Shown here piece after piece: positions 20,849 through 35,084 of a DNA stretch of 64,000 nt. The stretch is from Eledone cirrhosa (Eukaryota), in assembly GCA_964016885.1 (NCBI GenBank), contig OZ024741.1:394630001-394694000 (forward strand), given 5' to 3'. The stretch's first letter is position 1, and each line of letters begins with the position of its first letter. The notes below the pieces were generated by a model that made no database searches, was not told the origin of the DNA, and worked only from the letters and a program-made list of their open reading frames with translations. The position numbers and the translations under genes were made by a program.

Positions 20849-23800
20849 TCATCATCATCATCATCACCATTTTACGTCTTTTCTTCCACACTAGCATGGG
20901 TTAGATGACTTGTCCTGTTGTGGGCAAGTGTCTTTCTCATACAGAATTGATTCTGGTTTGGCTTCTACAGCTGGATGCCATTCCTAATGCCAACCTCATT
21001 TACAGTGAGTACTGGGTGTCTTTTGTCGTGATGCCCACATGTCCACTTTACAACATGGGCTGGGTGTTTTTTTCTTGTGACACCTACATGACCACTTTAC
21101 AGTGTGTGGTGGGGTCTTCACTGGATGTATTTACTTCGGCCTGTTCTCATGGGGGTGTATGGGAGGGTGGGTTGGGGCATACTGTATATATGCTTCAGCT
21201 TCAGCATGTGCCCATGGGAAGTTGTGTCTTCTGTATTATTGCGTATCGCCTGTAACACCCCATCTCAAGTCTTCTTGGGTCTCCCTACTCCAAGGCTTCC
21301 AAGAGACTTTGAGCGCTCTGCAGCTTTTTATGCAGCTGTCATCCTTCATACGCATCACATGTCCATATCAATGTAATCTCCTCTCCTGCACACAGCATTT
21401 GATCCCTCTTATGCCTAGTTTCTCTCTCAGTTCATTTATGCTTCGCCGTTCTCATATATTACTATTACACATCCATTGGAACATGCAAGCTTCATTTCTT
21501 TCCAATCTACGCAAGTCTTCTACACACAACGCCCAGGCCTCACTACCATGCAACATTGCAATTCGCATGCATGCATCTGCCTATCATTCTGAAGGAAAAG
21601 TCTTTTGTAGCCAGCAGTAGTAGCAGCTCCCTGAACTTCTTCCATCTCGTTCTGGCTACTCTACTTTCAAAACACACACCACCGCTGCTAATTCGGTCAC
21701 CTAAGCAGCAGAAGCTGTCTACTGTTTCTACAGAACCCTCCCAGAATTTGGTAGTGCTTTTTTCCTGTGGTTGTTTGCTGCTTATGTCCCGGTGCAACTG
21801 CTACATGTAGTGCCTACATTCTTTGCTAAACTTCCTGAGATCCCACTACATCTCTTGTGCAGCCATAGTTTACATTTGGAATTTCTACCTACACCTTTCC
21901 TACATACTGAGTAACGCAATTTCCCTGAAGGGATCTGGGTTCTGTTCTCTCTTCTACTTACTAGGACCTTAGTCTTTGTCATATTGACTTCTTTCTAGGC
22001 TCTGCTTCCGTGTTTCGAATTTCTTCTTATCCGTATATAGAAGTTCCCATGGGCAGCCAGTCTTAAACTCCTCCGTTATAGTGCGCAATACAATGATAAA
22101 TAGGAGAGGGCTAAGAACAGAGCCTTAATGGATGCCAACCTGTACGTTAAATTCCTTGCTATAGTCATTGCTAATCCTAACTTTGCTGACTGCTCCCCTG
22201 TACATGGCTTGTACAGCTTTCACCAGCCACTCATCTACTCCTAGTTTTCTAACAGCCCACCAGATTATGGCACGTGGCACTCTGTCAAAATCTTTCTCCA
22301 GATCAACAAATGCCAGGTAGAGCGGCTTGCTTTTAGCTAGGTACTTTTCCTGTAACTGCCTCACAAGGAAGAGAGCATCAGTGGTGCTTTTGCTTCACAC
22401 AAATCTGAATTGCATTGCATCTAGATTTTCCCGGTCCTTACTCAGCTGTGCTATAACTCTTTTCGTTCCTTTCATGACCTGGTCCATCAGCTTTATACAT
22501 CTATAGTTTCCTCTGTCTAGTGCATCTATTTTACCCTAGTAGCAATTGACAATGATGCTGCTGCGCTAATCATTTGGTATGATTCTAGTATTATTTGGTT
22601 TACAATACGTGTGGTTAAGGTGTCACCAACCGACCTATCTTGGCAACTATTCCCGATCGACCGGCTGCTTTACAGTCTTCATTTCCTTACTGACTACACT
22701 GCAGCTAACTTGTACTGCTGGGCTCTCTATGGGGTCCACTTGGGGTAGGGTCTCTTTCTCCCATGCATTCTTTTCATTTATTCATCTTTCATAATGGCTC
22801 TTCTATGCAGCCTTCTTCTCAACACCTGTCAGGGCAAGTGCACCTTTATCATCCCCGATACACTTCTCACCAATGACATCGCAATTTTCTCTAATCACTG
22901 CCTCGCAATCCTGAACACCTCCTGCTTCTGATCCTCATGCTTGAAACCTTTTTCCTCTGCTTCTCTCCTTGCTACGTTTACTTGTTGGCTAGCTTTTCTT
23001 TTGGCCTCTATGTAGTGTACCCTGTTTCCCCCATTCTTCCATTGTTTCCATGCCTGTCTCTTGGCCTTAAATGTCACATCTACCTTATTGTTCCACTGTC
23101 ATAAGTGTCAAGTAAAATGTTTTTAGCTGAGGGCTCTTTCAGCTTCCAGATCTTTCTTCTCCAGGTTGCCTTCTGTTTCCATGTTCGTCTAGCTCTGACA
23201 GTGAGGTCGCTGACTACTAGGTTATGTTGGGAGGTACATTCCTTGCCAGGGAAGGCTTTTGTGTTTACAACCGTACATCTATTTCATCCTCTGGTAAGAA
23301 TAAAATCTATCTAACTAGTATGCTCCCAGATCTGTAGGTGGCCAGATGGTTGTCGGGTTTTCTGAAGTTTGTGTTACATATTGATAAGTCATTGGCACCG
23401 CAAAATTCTAGAAGCCTATAACCTTCTTCATTTCTTGTGCCAAACCTGTAGCCTCCATCAACTCTATAGAAGCTGTCACTATGTTTCTTAACATGTCCGT
23501 TAAAGTCCCTTGCAATCAGTAGCAAGTCATTGTCGTTCGTTAGAGTGGTAGTATGCATTAAGGACTCATAAAACCTATCCTTAAGTTCGTCTGACAACCC
23601 AGATTGGGGTGCGTATGCAGATATAATTGTAGCTATTGTTTTATTGAGGACTAGTCTAATAAAATACCTACTCTACCCACCTCGTTGTCATTTCCCACCC
23701 AGAAAAATTTATAGCACTGTTTTTTGCCTACAAGGAGTCTAGCTGACTTTCCCCTCCATCTAGTCTCTTGCACACGGAATACATCAATTCCCTTTCACTC

Positions 23801-23960
23801 TAACAATTTCACCTGTTCTTTCTTTCATTGTACTCATGTTGATGGTGCCAATTCAGAATTTTGGAAATTTGTTGTCAATGGTGGGGGAGAGTGGATGTTT
23901 GCGAATGACTTGAGAGACAAATGAGGGGAGATAGCTGTCTTCAATGCAATAGATTGCAAT
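20849..23960 (-). mobile_element. Older, nearly full-length degenerate RTE LINE (EN plus RT)
   Basis: ORF fragments 21543-21797, 22125-22364, 22895-23077 and 23307-23597 (RDFNGHV, NTNF); (CAT)n tail at 20849. Confidence 0.9.
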
Positions 23961-24033
23961 TTAGAATTCTGTTTAGTGATATATATGCTAACATGGAAAA
24001 TGGACGTTAAACAATGATGATGATGATATATAC

Positions 24034-24250
24034 CTTTGAGAATCAAAATTAGTAGCAGCAGTAATGGCATCATCTTCACTAGTCACTCGGAATGGTACTT
24101 TGTTACAGCTAGGAGATTTCAGGATCTTTTCAAGTTGTTGGATGGTTTTTTCAATAAGAGATTCAGGGCACATATCAATCTTACTGACCACTACAAAAAC
24201 TGGCACGTCAAGGGCACGGGCAAAACCCAAATGTTCTTTAGTTGTACCAG
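24034..24250 (-). CDS. GTPBP2: GTPBP2 exon 7, G4 motif (GTTKEHLGFARALDVPVFVVVSKIDMC...)
   Basis: tttcag acceptor, gtatat donor; 217 nt; phase 1-2; SKID motif. Confidence 0.95.
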
Positions 24251-25830
24251 CTGAAATTATAAGAAAATATATTAAATGATATCACCATCATCACCACTAT
24301 GCTCTATTCACTTTTACTGCAAACTCACAACATTAGATGTTATCAAGATGACACAATATATGGCAAAACAATCCAGAAAATATGTTATATGAGATGTTGG
24401 GTTAAGAATATTCTTTGGGTAGATGGTTGATTATTCAATTGTTTGCAATATTTTGAGAAAGTAGTTGGTTGGAGGAAAAGATAAAAGATATTTACTAAGA
24501 GGCTAGTTTATATCTTATAAGATATTAAATATAATGGTATTCAATTCAACAAGCGAGCTTCTGTATACTTGCTAAAAAATAGCAGTCAAATCTCTCTCAA
24601 GCTTAGAGTCACTTGTCTCTGTATTTCATTATCTTACTAACATGCAACAACACACTTCTTATGTATGCCTCATACAGCCTGCCAACAGAGACAACTACTC
24701 CTTGATCTTCTATCTGTACCTCACTAACTATTATGGTTTTACAACATCTAGATCTGCTTTCTGATGGACATTTTTAAAAAAAATGATAATGTATGCATAC
24801 CATTGATTGACTTTGACAAATATGATCAATAAAGTATTTAACAAGCATTGTAGTTACAGCTACTTTTATTGTTTACAGCGTTGTCTTCAACTAGTGGAAT
24901 TTGAAGGAAAGCCTTTACAATGTCAACTTTAGAAAATAAGATCTTATTGTGTAGAGTTCCTGAGAAATTTAAAACTGCATAATTAGATATCAGTTACTGT
25001 CAATGGTATTTGAGTCCACAGTAAACATCACAGGCCATATTTAAGGAGCATTTTGTAGCTAAACTCCAGGTCAATCCCAATTCAGCAGACTTATAATTAA
25101 GAGGAATCCATCTGTGACCATCCTGTCTTTTAATATATCTAGAAATACATTATCCAATGTGTTCTTTTTGAAATATGGTAGGGCCTTTGGCAACTATTTC
25201 TACAAGATCAAACAATTGTGTAGAGACTACTATTAGCTTCTAAAGACTGTGTAGCAATGAGGCTACATAATTTTGGGCTCCAGTATGTGTTTCCTCCTGT
25301 GGCTAACAAAGTCTTCGTGAACAATGGAAAACTTGAGGTCTCTTCATATGAACAGTACTGCGATTGTCTTTTAATGAATCAGCTTTTTAATGAAGTTGTA
25401 TTCTTTTAGTAAGCTGTTGGTATAGTAAAGATATTAACTGTTACAGTTACTAAACTTGAGACAGGCAGGTTAGATTGAACACCAAAGACAACTGAGCACC
25501 AAGCCAGTTATCTAGTTGCATACGATTATTGATTTACAATTGACCTAGAGGTTGAAATGAGCTAAGAATTCAGTTTGAATTATGGAATACGGTTATCAGA
25601 ACTGTTGACAAAAACTGAAACTGGGGTTAAGGAGTTTCTCACTAAACATTGGTTACACCTTTGTCTTTCCTGTCTGAATCTAGTAAATTATCATTAAACC
25701 TTACAAGTTATTTAATTAAAATTACACTACACAGATTTTAAGGAATAAATTTGTTACAGTAAAAATTGGTGGAAGACACAAAAGCAAAACAGGATAGTAG
25801 AGAAAGAATAAAAACAAAATATCATTTTAC

Positions 25831-26005
25831 CCATTCCAGTATTTGCACTAACCACAAGCATTGCACAGTCAGGACAATAACCAGTCAAACCAAAGATAGT
25901 TGTCTTCAAATATTTCTGATGTCCAGCAAGATCAATCAGAGTAATTAATTTTGTAGAGTTCTCACAGATTTCTTCAACTGTCCTGGCCTCTTTGTAGTTA
26001 ACAAC
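25831..26005 (-). CDS. GTPBP2: GTPBP2 exon 6, G3 motif ([58 protein letters not shown])
   Basis: Translated by hand (absent from the ORF track); tttcag acceptor, gtaaaa donor; 175 nt; DLAGH motif. Confidence 0.95.
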
Positions 26006-27426
26006 CTGAAAAGTCAGACAACAGATTCTTTTATCATAAACACTATTACACTAATAGCAAAAGGAAAGCTGTCAATAGGAAAAGTACATAGATACCTACA
26101 TACCTACATGTATATGCACATACATCATCCCTTTATTTTATTACACATTTTTAACATTATGTATATTCTTCTGAAAAATTAAAAACATAATAACAGAACA
26201 CACATACATGCATACATAAACACACACATAATGTATACACACATACATGCATACATAAACACACACATATGCATACACACACATACATGCATACATAAAC
26301 ACACACATACATGCATACATAAACACACACATATGCATACACACACATATATAGTACAACTATACTACATTGAAAGCACCAGTTCTTGTCCTATCATCAA
26401 TTTTAAGCTACATCAAGGCAAGGTGTACTTAGATAGGGTGACCACATGGGAAACCTAGGTGTTGTAAACACCTTTTATATGTGCTGGCGTATCTGTATGG
26501 TTAAGAAGTCTACTTCTCAAACATGTAGTTTTGAATTCTATCCCATGTTCTGCTGCCAAAACACATCAAACCCATGCCATCATGAAAAAACAAACAAACA
26601 AAAAACAGATGTAAAACTAATGATAATGATAATAACAACAAACAACACATGTACACACAAACACAGATATTCTTAAGTTGCACATCTTTGACCAGTGATT
26701 TCTGAAATCCAATGCTGAGAAAGAAATTGCATAGTGACAAGAATTAAAATATTGTAATTATTATTTGTGTATAATACACACTATTTTTCCAGATTTTTTT
26801 AAACCTCAATATTTAGAGTAAACATTATACACAAGATCTACTAAATGTTACCCCTTTTTTTTTGGGGGGGGGGGGGGGGGGTCTTAGTACATAGCCATAT
26901 TCAAAATGGCATGATCAGAAGCTAACTGCATTATAACAAATAGTTTGAATTACGATAGCAATGTTACACATTTCTATGGTAGCAACAATCTATTAAATGT
27001 CCATCATATTTCAGAGGTATAGCCACAGAGATTGTATCAACCAAGGTTGTTTCCTATTTTACTAAAATATCAAAGCAATCCAGAAGTAAGATATAAAACT
27101 GAAATGAAGAAATGTACTTAGTTTCAATTTATATGCTGCTATGTACCTTAGAGTAAGTACATAGGCGGCTACAAAATAAATATATTTCTTAAAACTTTGT
27201 GGTTAAGAGGTCGGCTCATCATTGTAAAGTCATGAGTTTGATTCTTGACAACATATTTTGGTAAAATAGGAAGTAACATAAAACTGTTCTAGCCATGACC
27301 ATCCAGTCAATATATTAATTAATATATATGCAATATATATTGTTTACATTAAAATCATTTAATAAATATATAATTTATATAAAATATATAATTCATATAA
27401 AAACATTTCCATTTATTTTATTAAAT

Positions 27427-27950
27427 AAATGTGGAACCCAAATTCCCTATTTGCATGTGTTCCCAATTTGTTTGAGATGTTCGTGGATATTTGAACATGA
27501 CATTAAATTTATGCCCCAAATCTCTGGTGCTTTGACATGGATCCGATACAATAGTCTCAATCAAAAGGTCATCATTCAGAGTGGGTTGTCTTCTGGAGCA
27601 AGGCTTGGTAGATATGTCACAATCGCCATCTTTAAATCTTTTAAACTACAGCTGACATGTACAAGCTTTTACTGGATCCAGATACACTTCACAAATGTTT
27701 GTCATTGCCTCTACAGCAGTACTGTTCTTTTGAAACTCATACAGTAAGTAATGGTGAATATGTTGTTTCATAAAGTTCTTATACTCCATTGGGTTAATTA
27801 CCGAAATAACTATGAATGACACACTGCCAGATAGAAGAGATGATATACTAAACTATTTTAAACAATTTTGGCCCATTTGACTTTGGCTTTGACATGATTT
27901 CACATATTTCATAGTGGTGAAAAAATGTAATTACTTACCGAACACCCTTA
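27427..27950 (-). mobile_element. Mariner transposon fossil, left end and transposase N-terminus
   Basis: From ATG 27789: MEYKNFMKQHIHHYLLYEFQKNSTAVEA..ICEVY..FKRFKDGD..STRDL..IHEHLKQIG..GIWVPH, with stops and a frameshift; the end lies in (TA)n. Confidence 0.85.
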
Positions 27951-28059
27951 TATATATATAATTCTACAATCCATTAATTCTATCTTATGTATGCAAAGTG
28001 TTTACTTTAAGGAAAAAAAGAAAGAAAATTGATATTTAAATTACCCTGACTGAATTTCA

Positions 28060-28842
28060 TAAACATTTGTCTCATAACAGGACGACCCAGTAACATGGCA
28101 CAACTATGAGCAAGGCAAGGTGCGGCCAACTGGCCAGATTTCCCTCATAATGGAACAACCCAGCTCTGATGTGAGCAGGTTATGGCGCAGACAACTGGCC
28201 AGACTCTCCTCATAACGGTGCCACCCAGATCTACAGTGTAAAGATGGTTGGTGGTAGGAAGGTTATCCAGCAGCCACATACCCAAACATGACCCCACAAA
28301 GAGCAAGACATGCCACAGCCAACTGGCCAGACCATCCTCGTAATGGGACAGATCCCAGAATACAGTCCTGCTAGCCAACACACAGTCCCAATAAGTGCAA
28401 GGTACAATATGGCCATCTGGCGAGACTTGTCTTATAACAGGACCACCCAGTAAGGCTAGGCACAGCCAACTGGTCGGACCTCCCTCAAAATGCTCCCAAA
28501 TTACAGTTCTATTGTGACCAGTGTCCCGATATGCACAAGGTATGGCACAGCCATCTGGCCAGAATTGTATCAGAACAGGACCACCCAGCTCCCAAATTAC
28601 GGTTCCTTCTGGTGCAAGGTACGGCACAGTCAACTGGCCAGACCTTCCTCATAACAGTGCCATCCAGTTCCACACTGTAAACGTGGTTGATGTTAGGAAG
28701 GGCATCCAGCTGTAAAAAATTCCCAGCCAAAATACAGTTCTGTTGAGCAAGTTACAGCGCGGCCCGCTGGGCAGACTTATCTCATGATATGGGCGACCCA
28801 TCTAACCCATGCAAGAATGGAAATAGACGTTAAACAGTGATT
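28060..28842 (+). repeat. Degenerate array of about 60-70-bp subunits (caactggccagac..ctcataa..ccacccag) ending in an RTE-type 3' module
   Basis: Recurrent motif throughout; two copies of ggttg..taggaagg..atccagc; ends gcaagaatggaaatagacgttaaac. Confidence 0.65.
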
Positions 28843-29531
28843 ATATATATATATATATATCATAATTATAATACTATATATTATAATAATTGTTTCTACT
28901 TTAGGCACAAGGCCAGCAATTATCCAGTGCATTACTGGTACTTTATTTTATCGACCCTGTAAGGATGAAAGGCAAAGTTAACCTCGGCAGGATTTGAACT
29001 CAGAATGGCAAGGGCCGTAACTCTATGCATCAAAGCATGGTGTCCGACCCTCTACCGATACTGCCAATCCACCCTATGAATTATAATTATGATTAATTAA
29101 GGTTATACAATATTCTTAGTTTTTCTATCAGGAGCTAAAAGGAACTATTTCAAGAAATATTACATAACCTTCTTGAAAAGATGTGCCCCTATGAAGAATT
29201 TAAACTACTTAGATGTAAAGTTGTGGTTAACAACTTAGAACATACATATTTATATTCACTTTTATATATTGAAATTAAATCCATCAGTGTTATAATTACA
29301 AAAAGAAATATGAATGATGAAACATTATATTGTAGAAGTAAGTAAAATAAGAACTGAAATTATTTGATTAAGCCAGCTGATGCTAACAAACAGAACAAAA
29401 GGACTTTCAAAATGAATGATGTTAATGATTGATAAAAATATATGAAAGATTACAGGAGTCATATTAGAGGCTGCTTAAATTGGTCCAAACAATAATTAAT
29501 TGTCCAATGAATTAAAAGTAACTATAATTAC

Positions 29532-29729
29532 CTGGCCCATATTATTGAATCCCAGGATATCATGACTGATGCTTGAAGTGCGACCTGATTGAATTTCATG
29601 TAAATGCCTAAATAAATTTAAACGAGCACGTCCTTGACCATTGTCTAGTTCTCCTTGAGTTAAGACTCCAAGTAATGTACTCTTTCCAGCATCGACATTA
29701 CCAAGAACTGCAAGACGTAAGTCAATAAA
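29532..29729 (-). CDS. GTPBP2: GTPBP2 exon 5, G1 P-loop (GNVDAGKS) and [13 protein letters not shown] switch region
   Basis: tgcag acceptor, gtaatt donor; 198 nt; GTPBP1/2-specific motifs. Confidence 0.97.
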
Positions 29730-30045
29730 CTGCACAATAAAGAAGCAAAGAGATTAGTCCACTTAATGTGTACAGCAGAATATGAAATACTCAAATTATT
29801 ACCATTGGTATAATCTACTATAATTATAATGAGCCACTCTCTATGCAGCCTCTCAATCTGCTAGAAATAGAAGCCAAATTTCACTTAAATCACACTATTA
29901 TCTTAAAGACAATGCAGTCTTTGATATACAAAAAGATGCAATAGTCATGACTGGAATGACTTCTGTCATAGATCTGTTTGATCAGAACTGGCCTGGAGCT
30001 AAATGACAGCAACAACAACAAACTACTATAATTCAGTACAAGGAC

Positions 30046-30324
30046 TAAGGTCTGTCTCCAGCCCAGAGGCTGATCAGGCCAGTACTTATTCCGGTTTCTG
30101 TGGCATGAAGAAACTGAGAGTTCGACTCCTCCCTGGACAGGATGCCAGTCCATCGCAGGTTTAAACCCGCAGAATTGATGGTATTCATTTTCAGCTGTGA
30201 ATACTGGAGTAACATGAAATGAAGTATTTTGCTCAAAAACACAATACACAACCCAGTCCAGGAATTGACCACACAACACTATGATTGTAAGTTCAACACC
30301 CTTAGCACTATGCCATATGCCTCC
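30046..30324 (-). mobile_element. tRNA-derived SINE, family B (MetaSINE-like central domain)
   Basis: Reverse complement of the 43821-44090 copy; contains cctgcgatggactggcatcctgtccagggaggag. Confidence 0.8.
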
Positions 30325-30507
30325 AATACAAGTGATACTTGACAAATGTTTACTCTGGAGAAATTCAACTTCAAAATACAACGGTACTGAACTAAATAAA
30401 GTATCCAGGTCAATTCACTATTATCAAATCTATTACATCCATCATCTATAACATCAATAAACAGAACATAAACAAAAAATAAAACATTTAAAAAGTCTTT
30501 CACCTAC

Positions 30508-30607
30508 CTGCTGATCATCAGGAACCTTTCGCACAAGTATCTGTAAGGCTTTTCTGGAATCTGTATCAACAGCTCGTTCTCTCAAGATGGTAATAGTAGC
30601 ACCAAGT
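30508..30607 (-). CDS. GTPBP2: GTPBP2 exon 4 (LGATITILRERAVDTDSRKALQILVRKVPDDQQ)
   Basis: gttag acceptor, gtaggt donor; 100 nt; phase 2-0; conserved VRKVPDxQQ. Confidence 0.92.
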
Positions 30608-31739
30608 CTAACAGAATATATTAAAAGACATGTTTTTTTTTTACAGAAATGATGATATGTTGATACATATGTGGTCACTTGGCAAAGTCATTAGAACATT
30701 GGATAGAAGGCTTTGTGGTAGTCATTCCAGCTGTCAGCACTCTGCCAAGGTTAACTTTGCCTTTCGCTTGTTTGAGGTCAATAAATAAAGCACGAGTCTA
30801 GTATTGGGAGTAGATTTTTCTTTTATGTCTCTCTCTTTCACTTTCTTATCACTCTCTCTCTCTGGAAGAAATCAGCTATGTTCCAACCCAGAGAGGACTC
30901 CACCAGTTTAAATACCCAAGACATTCTGTATTTCAATACAGCACCCCTATCACAGCGTTATGGACCCAAGGATGAATGGATTTATTGATACAGTAGCAAC
31001 AAATTTAGAGAACTGATGGAAAAATCAATTTTAAAACTATGGTTACGGAAAAAAATAAATTCACTATAAATTAGAAAATAACTGGTACATAGCATTCTAT
31101 TTTCTTCACCAAACTAACTAAACTATGTTGGTGGATTGCATATGTGCATGAGACTGTGTGTTTGTGTGTGTATATGTCTGTATTTACACTTACAATGCAT
31201 GCTTAACAACTTATTTTATTTGTTTATGATTCATAACTCACATTAACAATATATTGGGAGAGAGGTAGATAAACAGACACCACCACCATCATCACCACCA
31301 GTTCCAGAAGTTCTAAGTAGAAGAAAAATGCAATAGAGGTAGGCCGAAGAGACTTGAGCAGAAGTGATGAGAGTGGATTGCAAAATGCTTAACTTCACAA
31401 GAAATAAAAGGAAATAAATGGAAGGACACAGTTCTGAGGAGGAATCGTCTAACCCATGCAAGCATGGATAAGTAGTATGTGTTTAAAACATTTTCTTAAT
31501 TACAACATTGGATCAAGGTCACAAATTAGTAAAAGGGAATTATTTGTCAAATTGACTCAATATCAGTACTTGTATAATACTTATTTTCTCAACCTTGAAA
31601 AAGAAAAGGAGAAATGAAAAACAAGTTGACCTTTATTACATTTAAATTGAGAACAGGGAAGAAAACTAAATATTCTCAGATGTACACAAATCTAGATTAC
31701 TCACCACTCTAAGCAATTTTTATTTCAAAACCAACTTAC

Positions 31740-31924
31740 TTTTTTGCCATCTTCTTCAAAGTATTAAGGGAAGCTTCAAGTTCCAATTTAGGTAAACCAG
31801 CCAGAATTCCACTGTCCTCTACGCCTATCTCATATATAGCCTCTCCTTCACCTTCTTGAAGACGCCATTTCATTTGCGTTACCAGATGTTCAAACCTTGA
31901 AGGCGATGGATCTACTAATTTTAA
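31740..31924 (-). CDS. GTPBP2: GTPBP2 exon 3 (LKLVDPSPSRFEHLVTQMKWRLQEGEGEAIYEIGVEDSG...)
   Basis: tgcag acceptor, gtaagt donor; 185 nt; peptide closely matches the GTPBP2 N-terminal domain. Confidence 0.95.
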
Positions 31925-33661
31925 CTGCAGAATAAAATAAAAGCAAGCTTTCTCAATTAGTAAAATCTGAAAAGGAAAATAAAAGATATTTCTAAACAAA
32001 TGTGGTATGAAAATTGTGGCTACATCAAAATTAGAATATATGAATGTTCAAAAATAATTATGATCAATAGAAAGACAATTGATCATGTAGAACAACATCA
32101 TTGAAAGTGTAATGGTAAACACAATATCAAATATCCAGTTTTGTTTCTTTTTCCTTTAGAACATGGGATATTTTTTTTAATGAAAGAGTTATCCGACTTG
32201 TATAATTTCAATTGGAATCAAAAGCAACTGGATCAAATGATGTAAATAATTTCAGTGTTATCTCAAATTCACAATAAGGGACCATAGCCCATTTTAGAGG
32301 ACATATTATTTACATCTGCAAATATATTTATTTTATTGGTAATTTAATGTCTGCTTTTCCTGCTAGCATTTAAGCCGGTTGTATCCAGCCAGAACTCTCT
32401 CGCCTCTTTCTGTTCAAACCAGCTGTAACCAGCAACTCATAGTGATATTAAAGTATTGTTCTCAAAATAAATAATATCAAAATTTCATAGATTCGATATT
32501 ATGTGAGATAATTATGTGAGGTAAAAGTTTTTCCACAAAAATACAATAGTAAATATAGAGTAACGTAAATGCTAAAGGGTTACAAAATAATGTTATTCTT
32601 ATTTTCCCATTTTAAACATAAGAAGGCAGTGCTTCAGCATAGCATTGAGCATAATAGCTAAAACAAACTAAAGAATATGATATAACATAATAGCAAAACA
32701 GGATTTGTCTACTTAGATAACAAGATTCTAGAAAAACAAATGTCAAAACATCCATACAACTTTCAGATTTGTTTACAGAATGAATCACATAAAATATATA
32801 TACATCTAAAAATATATGTATCATCATCATCATCATCAAGAAACAGATTATATAAATTCAGATGCATAGGTGAATTATTCTCCAGTTGTGCTTTACCTTT
32901 AAGAACTACAGTAAAAGCAAAATCCTTGACAATACCTGAAAATCCCGTTTATTCAAAAGATTTTCTTCAAATACTATAGTATCAATTCATTCATATTTTA
33001 AGGCTTAATTTTCATGACCTATTTTTCATCTCTACATCAACAGCTTGAGCTATCATTTGTAATCATTTTTATCTTCATGTCCTTGACATGCCCTCCAACA
33101 TCGATGAGATTAATGTTATTAATGTTCCACTTGAATTGTTACAAATTGACAATTGCAGGAAATATGTGCCTTCACATCTTTCATGAATTGCCACCTTTAA
33201 AATATTCTTTCATTTTTTTTTTTTATCTTAGATGCCATCCTTACGCTAATTAGGTACTTATATTGATTAATATACATAAACATGCAGAAAAATATACACA
33301 ATATTAGTTTATGGCTAATATTTTTTTCCATTTTTCCATTAGAAGTTATCAGAGACAACTTAAAATGTCTCTTTTTATTTTTATTTTTTTTTATTTTATT
33401 TTTTTTTATGAAGGTAAAATTTCTTAAAATTGCTGATTTACTCACAAATAATTTTGCCAAGTTAAAGCCAGCAAGGCCAGGCTTCAGTGAGAATTCTTCA
33501 GAAAAATTAAAAAACATGTCCAAAGTTATTTCCCATACTTCGCAAGGAAGTGTATATAAATCATTTTAGTTTTTGAATTTTCTAATTATTAAATATGCTT
33601 TAATTCATATAACTGTTTAATTATCACATGGATGATGTCCAAAATGAATTTAAATTGTATG

Positions 33662-33836
33662 TACTGTATTTCTTCCCGGCGCCGAAGATGCTTCGTCCTC
33701 GAGAATGCACCCTAATTTTGACAACCAAAAATTTGAAAAAAAATAATAAACAATCTTCGCCCTCCAGGACGCATGGTAGATTTTTTAGGCTTATTTTAGG
33801 AAAAAAGTAGTAACTTCGACGCTGGAAAATATGGTA
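33662..33836. mobile_element. Tc1/mariner-pogo-type MITE
   Basis: TA-ctgtatttcttcccggcgccgaag ... cttcgacgctggaaaatatgg-TA imperfect TIRs with TA ends. Confidence 0.7.
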
Positions 33837-35084
33837 TTTCTCTTACTTTATGCCAATAAGTGCAAGATATAGTAAATGTACTTATTGATTTGATCACTAA
33901 TATCAATACTTTATCAGGGGCCCAAGTTAAGGACCTCATCACAGTGTGCCCTGTAAACTGATCACTGATTTTGACAACCTGAGAGAGCAACAGTCTTACA
34001 TGCAAGGAGAAGACTACTTTATCAAACAAATTACAGAAGCTCTGCTTTACTAAAGAGCTTTCAGAAAAAGCAAAATGTTTGCTACTGACTTCTATAGTTG
34101 CTGATGAAAACAATATTAAATTGAATAATATTGTCTGTTTATTTTTTTATATGAATATACTTTATCAGTTTAATGTTCTAATACTTAATCAGTTCACCTG
34201 TGTAGTCTATATTAGTTTGTTTAAACTAAGATACAAAGCATCTCAAAACAAACCCACAATGGTATTCAGCCATAGAAACCAAGCCAAAAACAAAGCAGGA
34301 CCTAGCCACTTGACATACAACAGCCATCCAAGCATGGAAAATAAACGTTAAACAGAGATGATGATGAATCATTAATAAAGAACTCAAAGCATTTGACTAA
34401 TTGAATATTTTATATTTTACTTTTTTATCACTTAGAGAACAGATGAAGGGCAGAATTCCGAGATTGGTGAGAGAAAGGCAGTTATTATCAAACCAGAAAC
34501 CTGAAGATGAATGCTTGCAACAGAGTGGACTCTGTTAAAGGTACCCAAAGACTAAATGGAGGTTGTTAAGCTGGGTGACAAATTAAGTCTACTATCCAAA
34601 AACTGAAATGGTGTCTCTATTGGGTGTCTTTGCAGTTTCCATCAACCAAATTTCACTCATAAGGATTTGGTCAACCTAAGGCTTTAGCTATAGAAGACAC
34701 TTGCCCAAGGTGCTATGCAATGGGATCAAAGCTGAGACCACATTGTTGAAACGCAAACTTCTTAACCACACAGCCATGCTTATGTTAAATATAAAAATTT
34801 CTGAGACCCAACATTCTTTACATAACCAAAACAGTATCACAAGTGTTGAATTTAGAATAAAATCACAGTTTAGCACTCATCAGTTGATAATCCACTTATG
34901 CATATGTTCTACACTAGAATGCTGCAACACAATCATTTAGTTTAGACAACATACAAGAAAATCCCTTAAACAAATTTGATAGCTAGTCCTCCCTTTAGTT
35001 TTCTGCTGAAAATCGAATCCACTCAGTCAAACATAAAATAGTTTAGCACAAAGAAAATAAAAGATCATGAGAAAAGAAGCAGCT

